Positions 1-8,087 of a stretch of 32,000 nucleotides of DNA are shown in pieces. Position numbers and translations under genes: made by a program. Positions within the stretch are counted from its first letter, which is position 1. Every line of letters begins with the position of its first letter. The stretch lies in NCBI RefSeq assembly GCF_000010065.1, contig NC_006576.1:2490001-2522000 (forward strand), written 5' to 3'. The notes beneath the pieces were generated by a model, which saw only the letters and a list, made by a program, of their open reading frames with translations, had not been told where the DNA came from and searched no databases. This stretch comes from Synechococcus elongatus PCC 6301. GTDB taxonomy: Bacteria; Cyanobacteriota; Cyanobacteriia; Synechococcales; Synechococcaceae.

Positions 1-522
1 GCCCAGAATCATGACAGTGCCAGGGCTAACGCCGGGAACCCCGCCGAGCAAAACCCCCCGTCCGCCTTGCTGCCGCTCTAGGAAACGAGCGCCAAATTGT
101 ACCGACAGCCGTCCGGCAATCCGGCTCATCGGCATCAGTAGGGGCAAGCTGCCATTGCGGGCGGTCACGGTTTCGTAGGCGATCGCAGTGGTTCCGCTGG
201 CTAGGAGGCGCTCTGTTAGTGGGCGATCGGCGGCGAGGTGCAGGTAGGTGAAGAGCAGCAGATCAGGCCGCAGATAGTCGTACTCTGCTGGCAGGGGCTC
301 CTTAACCTTGACAACTAGGGGGTGTTGCCAGGCCTCGGTAGCTGTGGCGACCACCTTGGCCCCAGCCAGTAAATAATCCTCGTCCTGAAACCCGGAACCG
401 ACACCCGCCCCTTGCTCGATCCAGATCTGGTGCCCCTGTAGGGCTAAAGCCCGCACACTAGCAGGGCTCAGTCCCACCCGAAATTCTTGATCCTTGAGCT
501 CACGCGGCACTCCGATGTCCAT
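1..522 (-). CDS. ald: L-alanine dehydrogenase, N-terminal part (3' end lies beyond the left window edge)
   Basis: The reverse strand, from the ATG at complement 520-522, reads MDIGVPRELKDQEFRVGLSPA... At the window edge it reads ...ARFLERQQGGRGVLLGGVPGVSPGTVMILG. These match the typical Ald N-terminus and the start of its dinucleotide-binding fold. The frame is open for all 174 codons. It is absent from the ORF track because no stop codon lies in the window. Confidence 0.8.
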   Translation of the reverse strand, partial: MDIGVPRELKDQEFRVGLSPASVRALALQGHQIWIEQGAGVGSGFQDEDYLLAGAKVVATATEAWQHPLVVKVKEPLPAEYDYLRPDLLLFTYLHLAADRPLTERLLASGTTAIAYETVTARNGSLPLLMPMSRIAGRLSVQFGARFLERQQGGRGVLLGGVPGVSPGTVMILG

Positions 523-630
523 GCTGCGGTCCCGACTGAACGGGCTTATTGTGGCAGATTCCAGGGATCGCGGGGGTCATCCCCGTTTGTTGACAGAATG
601 AAACATGATAAAGACAGGCATTCTGCTGCT

Positions 631-801
631 ATGGCCATGCTCGAACCTACTGTGACCCCCCACCGCGATCGCCCCCGCTTTGGCTTCAATGAGACTGCCG
701 AAAAGCTGAACGGGCGTTTGGCGATGCTGGCCTTCGTCACCCTGATTGCTTTTGAACTCACGACGCACGAGGGCTTCCTGCATTGGCTCGGTCTGGTCTA
801 G
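631..801 (+). CDS. High-light-inducible protein (HLIP, CAB/ELIP/HLIP superfamily), single-helix
   Basis: The C-terminal half [39 protein letters not shown] carries the chlorophyll-binding HLIP signature (FGF..AE..NGR.AM.GF...E). The track ORF starts at 487 and would overlap the divergent ald start, so an internal ATG at 631 (56 aa) or 598 (67 aa) is more plausible. The start is uncertain. Confidence 0.8.
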   Translation: MAMLEPTVTPHRDRPRFGFNETAEKLNGRLAMLAFVTLIAFELTTHEGFLHWLGLV

Positions 802-812
802 AACCGCAAACG

Positions 813-1868
813 GTGACTGATGCTACCCCTTTGCTGGGGCGATCGCTCCCAGAACTACAGGACTGGGTCGTGGCACAGGGGCAGCCAAGCTATCGGGCCA
901 AGCAACTGTACCAATGGCTCTACGAGCGGAGCATTCACAATTTGGCGGAGATTAGCGTCTTCCCCAAGGCTTGGCGGCAGAGTTTGCAAGCGGTGCCGGT
1001 GGGGCGATCGCAAATTGTCGATCGCAGTGTTTCCCCTAGCGGCTCCATTAAATACCTACTGCGGCTCCACGATGGCGAAATTATTGAAGCGGTCGGCATT
1101 CCCTCGGGCGATCGCCTGACGGTCTGTGTCTCATCGCAGCTGGGTTGTGCCATGGCCTGCGATTTTTGTGCCACGGGCAAAGGCGGCTTCCGGCGGCATC
1201 TAGCGCCCCACGAAATCATCGATCAGGTGTTGACTGTTCAGGAAGACTGGCAACAACGGGTCAGCAATATTGTCTTTATGGGGATGGGCGAGCCTTTGCT
1301 CAACCTCGATGCTGTGCTGGCGGCGATTCGCTGCCTCAACCAAGACATCGGTATTGGCCAGCGCGGAATCACCGTCTCGACTGTCGGCATCCCCGGCCAC
1401 ATTCGCCGCTTAGCAGAAACCAAACGGGTGGGCGATCGCCCCCTGCAATTCACCTTGGCGGTCAGTCTCCACGCCCCCAACCAAGCGATCCGCGATCGCC
1501 TGATTCCCAGCTCACGCCACTACCCAATCACCGACTTGCTGCAGGAATGCCGCGACTATGTTCAGATCACGGGGCGGCGAGTCACCTTCGAGTACATTCT
1601 GCTGGCGGGGCTAAACGATCAGCCCGAGCAGGCAGAACAACTAGCCCAGCTCCTCCGGGGGTTCCAGAGTCACGTCAACCTCATCCCTTGCAACCCCATT
1701 GATGAGGTTGAATATCAACGCCCCAGCAAAGCGCGGGTGGATGCCTTTGCCGACGCCCTGCGTCAACAGCGGGTAGCGGTCACAGTGCGCTGGTCTAAAG
1801 GTCTTGGCGCCGATGCCGCCTGTGGTCAGCTGCGAGCCAACCGTTCCACCGCGACGCTCCCTGCCTAG
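813..1868 (+). CDS. rlmN: Radical-SAM 23S rRNA/tRNA adenine-C2 methyltransferase RlmN
   Basis: The radical-SAM cluster motif is [11 protein letters not shown] (CxxxCxxC). The N-terminus has [11 protein letters not shown], and GMGEPLLN and the C-terminal GADAACGQL are as in the RlmN/Cfr family. The start is GTG 813, or TTG 783, which would overlap the HLIP stop. Confidence 0.9.
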   Translation: MTDATPLLGRSLPELQDWVVAQGQPSYRAKQLYQWLYERSIHNLAEISVFPKAWRQSLQAVPVGRSQIVDRSVSPSGSIKYLLRLHDGEIIEAVGIPSGDRLTVCVSSQLGCAMACDFCATGKGGFRRHLAPHEIIDQVLTVQEDWQQRVSNIVFMGMGEPLLNLDAVLAAIRCLNQDIGIGQRGITVSTVGIPGHIRRLAETKRVGDRPLQFTLAVSLHAPNQAIRDRLIPSSRHYPITDLLQECRDYVQITGRRVTFEYILLAGLNDQPEQAEQLAQLLRGFQSHVNLIPCNPIDEVEYQRPSKARVDAFADALRQQRVAVTVRWSKGLGADAACGQLRANRSTATLPA

Positions 1869-1993
1869 GGCAAATAGTGGCGAGCGAGGCCGCTGTTGCT
1901 TCTACATTCAATCCCGAGGTCAGAATCGGCTGTGCTGCTGCGATCGGTCACTCCCCCTGTAGCGATCGCCAGTCCAGGTTGAATTTCTCCTTG

Positions 1994-2021
1994 AGATCCT
2001 TGGAGACTGCGACAAGGATCT
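1994..2021. other. Perfect 9-bp inverted repeat (AGATCCTTG-N10-CAAGGATCT) in a convergent intergenic region
   Basis: Read directly: left arm 1994-2002, right arm 2013-2021. It lies between the 3' ends of rlmN (+) and the zinc-ribbon ORF (-). Confidence 0.4.
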
Positions 2022-2042
2022 GGACGCTGCCAGCCAAAAACA

Positions 2043-2073
2043 AGAGCGATCGCTGGGTTGAAGCGATCGCTCT
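2043..2073. terminator. Hairpin built from two HIP1 copies (AGAGCGATCGC-N9-GCGATCGCTCT); possible bidirectional terminator
   Basis: The 11-bp arms are perfectly complementary (2043-2053 and 2063-2073). It sits between convergent genes. No clear U-tract follows, so terminator function is tentative. Confidence 0.4.
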
Positions 2074-2114
2074 CAGGGGATCTGAATTGTCAACCAACCT
2101 AGGGCTGGCTTGGG

Positions 2115-2306
2115 TCAACCCCACTGAGGCGGGCGAGATCCGATGCCAGGCGCGTAGGCTTCAATCACGCGGCCGGTGAGGCTGCAGGTCACTAATAAAT
2201 AGTCGCAGCAGGGGCATTGGGTTTGCAGCACTTGACGGCTGGCAAAATGCTCCCGTTCTGCGGGGCGACCGCAATTGGGGCAGCGAATTTGTTGAATCGT
2301 TGGCAT
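2115..2306 (-). CDS. Small zinc-ribbon-like protein (63 aa), function unknown
   Basis: The internal ATG (complement 2304-2306) gives MPTIQQIRCPNCGRPAEREHFASRQVLQTQCPCCDYLLVTC..., with two CxxC knuckles (CPNC ... CPCC). The 32 upstream codons of the track ORF look non-coding. Confidence 0.55.
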   Translation of the reverse strand: MPTIQQIRCPNCGRPAEREHFASRQVLQTQCPCCDYLLVTCSLTGRVIEAYAPGIGSRPPQWG

Positions 2307-2774
2307 GGCTAAATCGATCCTTAGTCCGCAAGAGAGAACAGGCTGCATTAACAGTTTTTGTATTCCGATTTTTGATTCAGAATCGGCTATTACAGGCATC
2401 ATATCGGCGAAAACTAGTCGGGGATCAAGAGAAAGCTGCTAACTTTCTTTAGTTTCCAGAAAAACCTAGCAGGGCAAAAGCTTTGGAGAAATTGGAAATT
2501 TTCCTAAAAGCTTCAAATAACTACATCACAATTTTGTCTTGGCTTCCTGTTGGCTAAGCAACATTTTTGGAGATGACTCCAAGTCGAATGGTCCAGCTCA
2601 GCGCGATCGCTCAACAGAAATCAAACCGATTTACAGTGCCATATCGATCGACTACAAAACTGTGGGGATTCCTAAAGACTTCCTAAAGGTGATCGCTCCT
2701 CACATCTGTCTGAGGCGCTTTCAATCAACGGAACAGGGGTGCGAAGATGGGGCCGCAGTCAGCCCTTTACCACG

Positions 2775-4556
2775 ATGCAGCTTCTGGATTGGTTGGTCAT
2801 CGGCCTCTATTTAATACTCAGCTTGGTCATCGGCCTCTACTTTGCCCGCCGAGCCTCGCGGGGAATTGAAGACTTTTTCCTGTCGGGGCGATCGCTGCCT
2901 TGGTGGCTGTCGGGAGCCAGTATGGCCGCCACCACCTTCTCGGTGGATACGCCACTTTATGTCGCCGGTCTGGTCGGAACGCGGGGCATCGCCGGTAACT
3001 GGGAATGGTGGTGCTTTGGTCTGGCACACGTCAGCCTGATCTACGTCTTTGCCCGTCTATGGCGGCGATCGGAGATTATGACCGATGCGGAGCTGACGGA
3101 ACTGCGCTACGGCGGTCAGACAGCTGCTTGGTTGCGCGGCATCAAAGCTTTTCTGTTCGCCGTGCCGATCAACTGCATAGGCATTGGCTACGCGATTCTG
3201 GCGATGACCAAGACGATTGAGGCCTTGGGCATTTGGGACAGTTTGGGCCTCGATGTCGGTGAAAATGGCCGCCTTTGGAGTGTGATCGCCATCTGTGCGC
3301 TGGTGCTGGCCTACGCTGGCGTGTCGGGTCTTTGGGGTGTTGTCGTCACTGATTTTGTGCAGTTGCTACTGGCGCTGTTGGGGGCGTTGGTGGTGGCGGC
3401 GAGTGCTGTCAGCAGCTTGGGCGGTATGTCCGCCTTGGTGGAACGGCTGCAGAGCAGTGGTCTGGAGCGATCGCTCGATTTCCTGCCCTTCCGCTGGAGT
3501 GGCGGTAGTTTTGACTGGACCGAAAGTGCAGGTCTGACCACCACGACCTTCTTGGCCTATCTGGGGCTGCAGTGGTGGACCTTCCGTCGCAGTGATGGCG
3601 GTGGGGAATTTATTCAGCGACTAGCGGCCTCGCGCACAGAAGGCGATGCGGTCAAGGCGGTTTGGCTGTTCAACATCATTAACTATGTGGTGCGGACTTG
3701 GCCCTGGGTGATTGTTGGGCTCGCCGCCTTGGTGATCTACCCCAACCTCAGCGATCGCGAGTTGGGTTATCCCAAGTTGATGCTGGACTTTCTGCCGCCG
3801 GGTCTGTTGGGACTGGTTGTCGCTTCCCTGCTGGCGGCGTTCATGAGCACTGTTTCGACATCGATCAACTGGGGCGCCTCTTATCTGACCAATGACCTTT
3901 ACCGCCGCTTTTGGCGACCCCAGGCGACAGCAGCAGAACTGGTGACCGTCGGGCGGCTGGCGTCGGTCGCTGTGACGGTGTTGGGAGCAGTGACTGCCTT
4001 CTTTAGCAACGATGTCGGCACGGTCTTCCGCTTGGTGATTGCGATCGGGACTGGCCCTGGTGTCGTGCTGATTTTGCGCTGGTACTGGTGGCGGATCAAT
4101 GCAGCGGCGGAATTGGCGGCGATGCTGGCCGGCTTTATCGTCGGGCTCTCCACCTCCGTTCTGCCCTGGCTGCAAATTCCTGACTTTGGTCTGCGGCTCC
4201 TAGTAACGACCCTGATTTCTGCGGCGATTTGGGTGACGGTGATGCTATTGACCCCGCCCGAATCAGAAGCCGTGTTGCAGCAGTTTTATGTTCGGATTCG
4301 TCCGGGTGGCCCAGGCTGGCGACGGCAACAACAGGCCTCGGGGCTGGATTCGCTGCAGGATCTGCGCATTGATGGACTGCGGATTCTGGCCGCTTCGTGC
4401 CTGTTATTCGGCAGTATGTTCAGTGTTGGGGGCTTCCTGCTCTTTCAACCCCTGAGGGGCTGGCTTGCGTCGCTGACTGCCGTGATTGGTGGTGTTTGGT
4501 TACGGCAGCTCAGTCGTCATCGTCTTCCTACGCCGCTTTCCAAGTTGCCCTCATGA
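2775..4556 (+). CDS. Sodium:solute symporter (SSF/SSS) family transporter, substrate unknown
   Basis: 593 aa and highly hydrophobic with many predicted TM helices. The N-terminus MQLLDWLVIGLYLILSLVIGLYFARRASRGIEDFFLSGRSLPWWLSGASMAATTFS is typical of SSS family TM1-TM2. ATG 2775 is chosen over the longer track ORF (2739). Confidence 0.85.
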   Translation: MQLLDWLVIGLYLILSLVIGLYFARRASRGIEDFFLSGRSLPWWLSGASMAATTFSVDTPLYVAGLVGTRGIAGNWEWWCFGLAHVSLIYVFARLWRRSEIMTDAELTELRYGGQTAAWLRGIKAFLFAVPINCIGIGYAILAMTKTIEALGIWDSLGLDVGENGRLWSVIAICALVLAYAGVSGLWGVVVTDFVQLLLALLGALVVAASAVSSLGGMSALVERLQSSGLERSLDFLPFRWSGGSFDWTESAGLTTTTFLAYLGLQWWTFRRSDGGGEFIQRLAASRTEGDAVKAVWLFNIINYVVRTWPWVIVGLAALVIYPNLSDRELGYPKLMLDFLPPGLLGLVVASLLAAFMSTVSTSINWGASYLTNDLYRRFWRPQATAAELVTVGRLASVAVTVLGAVTAFFSNDVGTVFRLVIAIGTGPGVVLILRWYWWRINAAAELAAMLAGFIVGLSTSVLPWLQIPDFGLRLLVTTLISAAIWVTVMLLTPPESEAVLQQFYVRIRPGGPGWRRQQQASGLDSLQDLRIDGLRILAASCLLFGSMFSVGGFLLFQPLRGWLASLTAVIGGVWLRQLSRHRLPTPLSKLPS

Positions 4557-4705
4557 TCAACATCCTGCGTCAGTACGTTCTACCCTTGCTGATTGTGCTG
4601 ACTTTCTTTGTGGCGCTGGTGGCTGTTAGTGCCCGTGCCTTCCTGCCCGATGACATGTCTGCGCCTGCCCCGATCGAACCGGCTGCCGTGCTGTTGTGGC
4701 GGTAG
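4553..4705 (+). CDS. Small single-pass membrane protein (50 aa), translationally coupled to the SSF transporter
   Basis: ATG 4553-4555 overlaps the transporter TGA 4554-4556 (ATGA). The peptide MINILRQYVLPLLIVLTFFVALVAVSARAF... has one clear TM helix. Its stop is overlapped by the GTG start of the next gene. Confidence 0.5.
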   Translation: MINILRQYVLPLLIVLTFFVALVAVSARAFLPDDMSAPAPIEPAAVLLWR

Positions 4706-5160
4706 CGTTGCCCGCTGGCTATGACTGGCAGCTGGGGCATCCTTGCGATCGCACTCAGCTGTTGGACTATTTGCAGGCTAGCGTGCGGGAGAGTCTGGGA
4801 TCTGCCTCGCCCCTAGGCCACCTCAGCTCAACCCTCGATCGCTTTCTCAGCCGCGAAACCCCGATCTGGTGGGTGGTGACGGCTCGCGATCGCCAAATCG
4901 TGGGGGGGCTTTGGGCCGGGCGATCGCAGGAACAGCGACGGGGCGATCGCCAAACCCATGTTTTTCTGGTCTACGTCGAGCCAAGTCATCGCCGCCGAGG
5001 ACTGGCGACTGCTCTTTTGATGCAGGCCGAAGAGTGGGCGCGGGCACAAGGCGATCGCGGCCTCAGTCTTCAGGTCTATGCTGACAATCCCGGAGCGATC
5101 GCCCTTTACCAACGCGCTGGTTTTAGTGTCGAGAGCCTGAATCTCAGTAAGCCCCTGTAG
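4696..5160 (+). CDS. GNAT-family N-acetyltransferase
   Basis: The acetyl-CoA binding motif is RRRGLATALLMQAEEWARAQG (R/Q-x-x-G-x-G/A), and the C-terminus NPGAIALYQRAGF is typical of GNAT motif B. No in-frame ATG is available near the start, so the start is GTG 4696 or TTG 4708. Confidence 0.8.
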   Translation: MAVALPAGYDWQLGHPCDRTQLLDYLQASVRESLGSASPLGHLSSTLDRFLSRETPIWWVVTARDRQIVGGLWAGRSQEQRRGDRQTHVFLVYVEPSHRRRGLATALLMQAEEWARAQGDRGLSLQVYADNPGAIALYQRAGFSVESLNLSKPL

Positions 5161-5279
5161 CCAAATGCTCAAAAGCGCCAGCCTGCCGCCGGGGGGCTAA
5201 AAGCGGTGAGGGCTGATTGTTAGCACAAGGAGCGCGGGATGGATCGCTCCGGAAGCCCTCTTTAGCTAAAGTATTTTTT

Positions 5280-6032
5280 ATGCGTAGTGATGATCTCTAC
5301 TTGATTGAGGACATGGAAACGGCCTTAGCCGACCCCCTCGATCAGCTCCTCCAAGCGGAAGACACCACCCCGCCAGATCCTGAAGTGATGCTGGCGCAGC
5401 TTCAGGATGCCAACGCCCTCAATCGTTTGGCAGCCGTTCGGGCTTTTGCGGCATTGACTGAGCCCAAGGCAATTCCTGCCCTGATCAAAGCGCTGGATGA
5501 TAGCTGCTCCAATATCCGAACCGCCGCCGCCTATGCTTTGGGGCGCAACGTCAGCCACCAAGCTGTTGACGTTTTGATTGAGTGTCTGCGCCACGATCAG
5601 AACGACAATGTGCGGAAGGCCATCGCTTGGGCACTGGGCAACTATAGCGATCGCCGCTCGATTCAACCCCTGATTGAAGCCCTGCGCCGTGACATCGCCC
5701 CAGTTCGCCTCTGGGCAGCGAGTTCCTTGGGCAATACTGCCGTTGTCGACTACGAGACTGTCATCGGTGCTGTTCCTAGTCTGATTGAAGCCCTGCGCCG
5801 CGATGCGGAAGCGGATGTTCGCAGCAACTGCGCTTGGGCACTCGGTCAACTCTGCCGACCCCTACCGGCCAACATTGTCTATGCGACTGTCATTGACGCG
5901 TTGATTGAAGCGTTGGTCGAAGACGAGGATCTGAGCGTGCGCGAAGATGCCAAAGCCTCGCTGTTGCAGGTAGGTGATGCTCGCGCTTTGCAAATGATTG
6001 AAACGCTGCAGCAGGATGGCTTGCTCTGGTAA
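5280..6032 (+). CDS. HEAT-repeat (PBS-lyase HEAT-like / CpcE-NblB-like) protein
   Basis: The unit VR..AA.ALG......A...LI.AL.D recurs about 5 times. Examples are NIRTAAAYALGRNVSHQAVDVLIECLRHD and NVRKAIAWALGNYSDRRSIQPLIEALRRD. ATG 5280 is preferred over the track start at 5217. Confidence 0.8.
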   Translation: MRSDDLYLIEDMETALADPLDQLLQAEDTTPPDPEVMLAQLQDANALNRLAAVRAFAALTEPKAIPALIKALDDSCSNIRTAAAYALGRNVSHQAVDVLIECLRHDQNDNVRKAIAWALGNYSDRRSIQPLIEALRRDIAPVRLWAASSLGNTAVVDYETVIGAVPSLIEALRRDAEADVRSNCAWALGQLCRPLPANIVYATVIDALIEALVEDEDLSVREDAKASLLQVGDARALQMIETLQQDGLLW

Positions 6033-6271
6033 GTAGGGAGGGTTCGCTTTGAGAAGCGATCGCAGTCTGATAGGGCTTAGCGAGGTGGATGGATGCAGGG
6101 CGATCGCACCATTGGCTGCCGTCATTGGCTGCTGGGTCAAAAACCTAATTACCGAGCCTTAACCTCATCGAATATTTGAGCTACGGTAAGAGCATCTTGC
6201 GACAGCCTACTCGGTTTGTCCTGATCATTGTCTGAGTCGTTCTCCGCATCCCGATCGCTTGGATTGCTGCT

Positions 6272-6475
6272 ATGACCCTAGAAACGCTGGAATTTGTCAT
6301 TCATCCCGATGGTCGGGTTGAAGAGCAAGTGACGGGGATTCAGGGTAAGCACTGTACAGAAATCACCGCAGAAATCGAAGCTCAGCTAGGGCAGGTTGTT
6401 ACACACCAACCTTCAGCTGATTACTTTGCCAATGCTGTAGTGGTTGCATCAGTTGAGCAATCCACGGTCCATTGA
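6272..6475 (+). CDS. DUF2997-like small protein
   Basis: 67 aa, MTLETLEFVIHPDGRVEEQVTGIQGKHCTEITAEIEAQLG... From memory, this is the pattern of the small protein usually found next to DUF1257/ycf35 genes. Confidence 0.65.
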   Translation: MTLETLEFVIHPDGRVEEQVTGIQGKHCTEITAEIEAQLGQVVTHQPSADYFANAVVVASVEQSTVH

Positions 6476-6517
6476 TCGCGATCGCCTGCCCAGTTCGTTT
6501 GTCGGATAGAGGTTTTT

Positions 6518-6904
6518 ATGTCTCACTTCAGCCGCATCAAAACACAGATTCGTAACCTCAACTTTCTTCAGTCGGCATTGACAGACCTCGGCATCGACTG
6601 GAAAGCAGGGCCTGTGCCTGTGCGGGGCTACCAAGGACAAACAGAAACGGCCACGGTGGCGATCGAGCAAAACAATGGCTACGACATTGGCTTCCGCTGG
6701 AATGGCCAAGAGTATGAACTGGTGGCTGACCTGCAATATTGGCAGCAACCTCTGACGGTGGAGCGTTTCCTCAGCCGAGTTACCCAGCGCTACGCCTATC
6801 GCACAGTACTGTCGACCACGGCCGATCAAGGCTTCCAAGTAGCGGAAGAAGTGAAGCAGGCGGATGGTTCGATTCGCTTGGTCGTCCAGCGCTGGAATGG
6901 CTAA
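6518..6904 (+). CDS. ycf35: DUF1257 protein (Ycf35-like)
   Basis: The N-terminus MSHFSRIKTQIRNLNFLQSALTDLGIDWK is the conserved start of the DUF1257/Ycf35 family. A GAGG Shine-Dalgarno lies about 7 nt upstream. The TAA stop overlaps the next ATG (TAATG). Confidence 0.75.
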   Translation: MSHFSRIKTQIRNLNFLQSALTDLGIDWKAGPVPVRGYQGQTETATVAIEQNNGYDIGFRWNGQEYELVADLQYWQQPLTVERFLSRVTQRYAYRTVLSTTADQGFQVAEEVKQADGSIRLVVQRWNG

Positions 6905-7296
6905 TGACGACGCCGGACCGTAGCGGGCTAGAACCAGAACTCGGAGGCAGTCTCCGTCATGGTCAAGCCCGCAGCGGCCTAGAGCCAGAGCTTGGGGGTG
7001 AGCTGCGTCAGAAATTAGTCTGGGTAGACGAAGTGACCTGCATCGGCTGCCGCTACTGTTCCCACGTTGCCACCAATACCTTCTACATCGAGCCGGACTA
7101 CGGGCGATCGCGAGTGGTTCGGCAGAATGGTGACCCTGAAGAGCTCGTTCAAGAGGCGATTGATACCTGTCCCGTGGATTGCATCCACTGGGTCAATCCC
7201 AGCGAACTCCGTCAACTAGAAGCTGAACGTCGCAATCAAGTCATCATGCCGCTGGGCTTTCCCCAAGAGCGCTCGAAACAACGGCGACGAACTTAA
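6904..7296 (+). CDS. Bacterial-type single-cluster [4Fe-4S]/[3Fe-4S] ferredoxin-domain protein (Fed7-like) with a duplicated N-terminal peptide
   Basis: The cluster motif is CIGCRYCSHV ... DTCPVDCIHWV (CxxCxxC...CP). The start ATG 6904 overlaps the preceding stop. Adjacency to ycf35 mirrors the ycf35-fed7 arrangement I recall from Synechocystis. Confidence 0.8.
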   Translation: MTTPDRSGLEPELGGSLRHGQARSGLEPELGGELRQKLVWVDEVTCIGCRYCSHVATNTFYIEPDYGRSRVVRQNGDPEELVQEAIDTCPVDCIHWVNPSELRQLEAERRNQVIMPLGFPQERSKQRRRT

Positions 7297-7298
7297 AC

Positions 7299-8060
7299 GT
7301 GTCTTTCTCTGATCATTTCTCAGCGGTCGCAGCCAGCTATGCCAAGGCTCGGCCTCGCTATCCGCAGCGTTGGTTCCGCTACTTGGCGCGCATAGTACCC
7401 GATCGCCAGCGGGTTTGGGATTGCGCCACGGGCAATGGTCAAGCGGCGATCGCCCTTGCGGAATACTTCAGCGAAGTGATTGGCAGCGATGCCAGTGCTG
7501 CTCAAGTTCGACAGGCCCGATCGCATCCGCGCGTTCAGTATCTAGTCTTTCCGGCGGAAGCGACCCCTTTAGCACCTGCCAGTCTGGATTTAATCACCGT
7601 TGCTCAAGCGGCTCATTGGTTTGATCTGCCGCAGTTTTACATCGAGGCGCAACGGCTGCTACGCCCGGGCGGGGTGATTGCCCTCTGGGGCTACGGTCTA
7701 GGCAGCCTCAATCCGGCGATCGATCACGTCTTCAATCACTTTTATCGCGACTGGCTGGATCCCTATTGGCCCCCAGAACGGCAATGGGTGGAGCAAGCCT
7801 ACGAGGGGCTCTCCTTCCCCTTTGAGCCGCTGCCGACGCCGACCTTTTCGATGCAGTGCGATTGGACCCTGTTCGATTTGTTGGCCTATCTGCGGACTTG
7901 GTCTGGGGTGCAGCAATTTCAACGGCAGCGCGGCTTCGATCCGGTCTGGGCGATCGCGCCAGAACTGCAACGGGTTTGGGGCGATCCCCAGCGCTATCGC
8001 CGCATCACTTGGCCCCTGTTTGCCAAGGTGGGTCGCTGGCAGCCCGATCGCGTTCGTTAG
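7299..8060 (+). CDS. Class I SAM-dependent methyltransferase
   Basis: Motif I is VWDCATGNGQAAIALAEYF, followed by VIGSDAS (acidic loop) and LRPGGVIALWGY (motif III region). The GTG start lies 2 nt after the ferredoxin stop. Confidence 0.8.
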   Translation: MSFSDHFSAVAASYAKARPRYPQRWFRYLARIVPDRQRVWDCATGNGQAAIALAEYFSEVIGSDASAAQVRQARSHPRVQYLVFPAEATPLAPASLDLITVAQAAHWFDLPQFYIEAQRLLRPGGVIALWGYGLGSLNPAIDHVFNHFYRDWLDPYWPPERQWVEQAYEGLSFPFEPLPTPTFSMQCDWTLFDLLAYLRTWSGVQQFQRQRGFDPVWAIAPELQRVWGDPQRYRRITWPLFAKVGRWQPDRVR

Positions 8061-8087
8061 GATCACAGAGCCGCCCGATCCACTCCG

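Noticed and set aside
590-613. A perfect TTGACA hexamer at 590-595 looked like a canonical -35 box for the HLIP gene.
   Set aside because: No acceptable -10 hexamer lies at 16-18 bp spacing (the best, GATAAA, is at 12 bp). The hexamer is better explained as one unit of the phased xxxACA repeats, and I report it only as such.
487-630. The long form of the HLIP ORF starts at 487.
   Set aside because: It would overlap the divergent ald start codon (520-522) and its promoter region, and the extra residues have no HLIP-like character. An internal ATG (598 or 631) is more plausible.
1877-2179. A 100-aa + strand ORF lies in the rlmN / zinc-ribbon intergenic region.
   Set aside because: It starts at a non-ATG codon, spans two hairpins and HIP1 copies, overlaps the 3' end of the minus-strand zinc-ribbon gene, and has low-complexity sequence with no motif.
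6862-6890. A tRNA-like T-loop string GGTTCGATTC suggested a hidden tRNA.
   Set aside because: The flanking bases do not form a T-stem or acceptor stem, and the sequence lies inside the well-supported DUF1257 coding frame.
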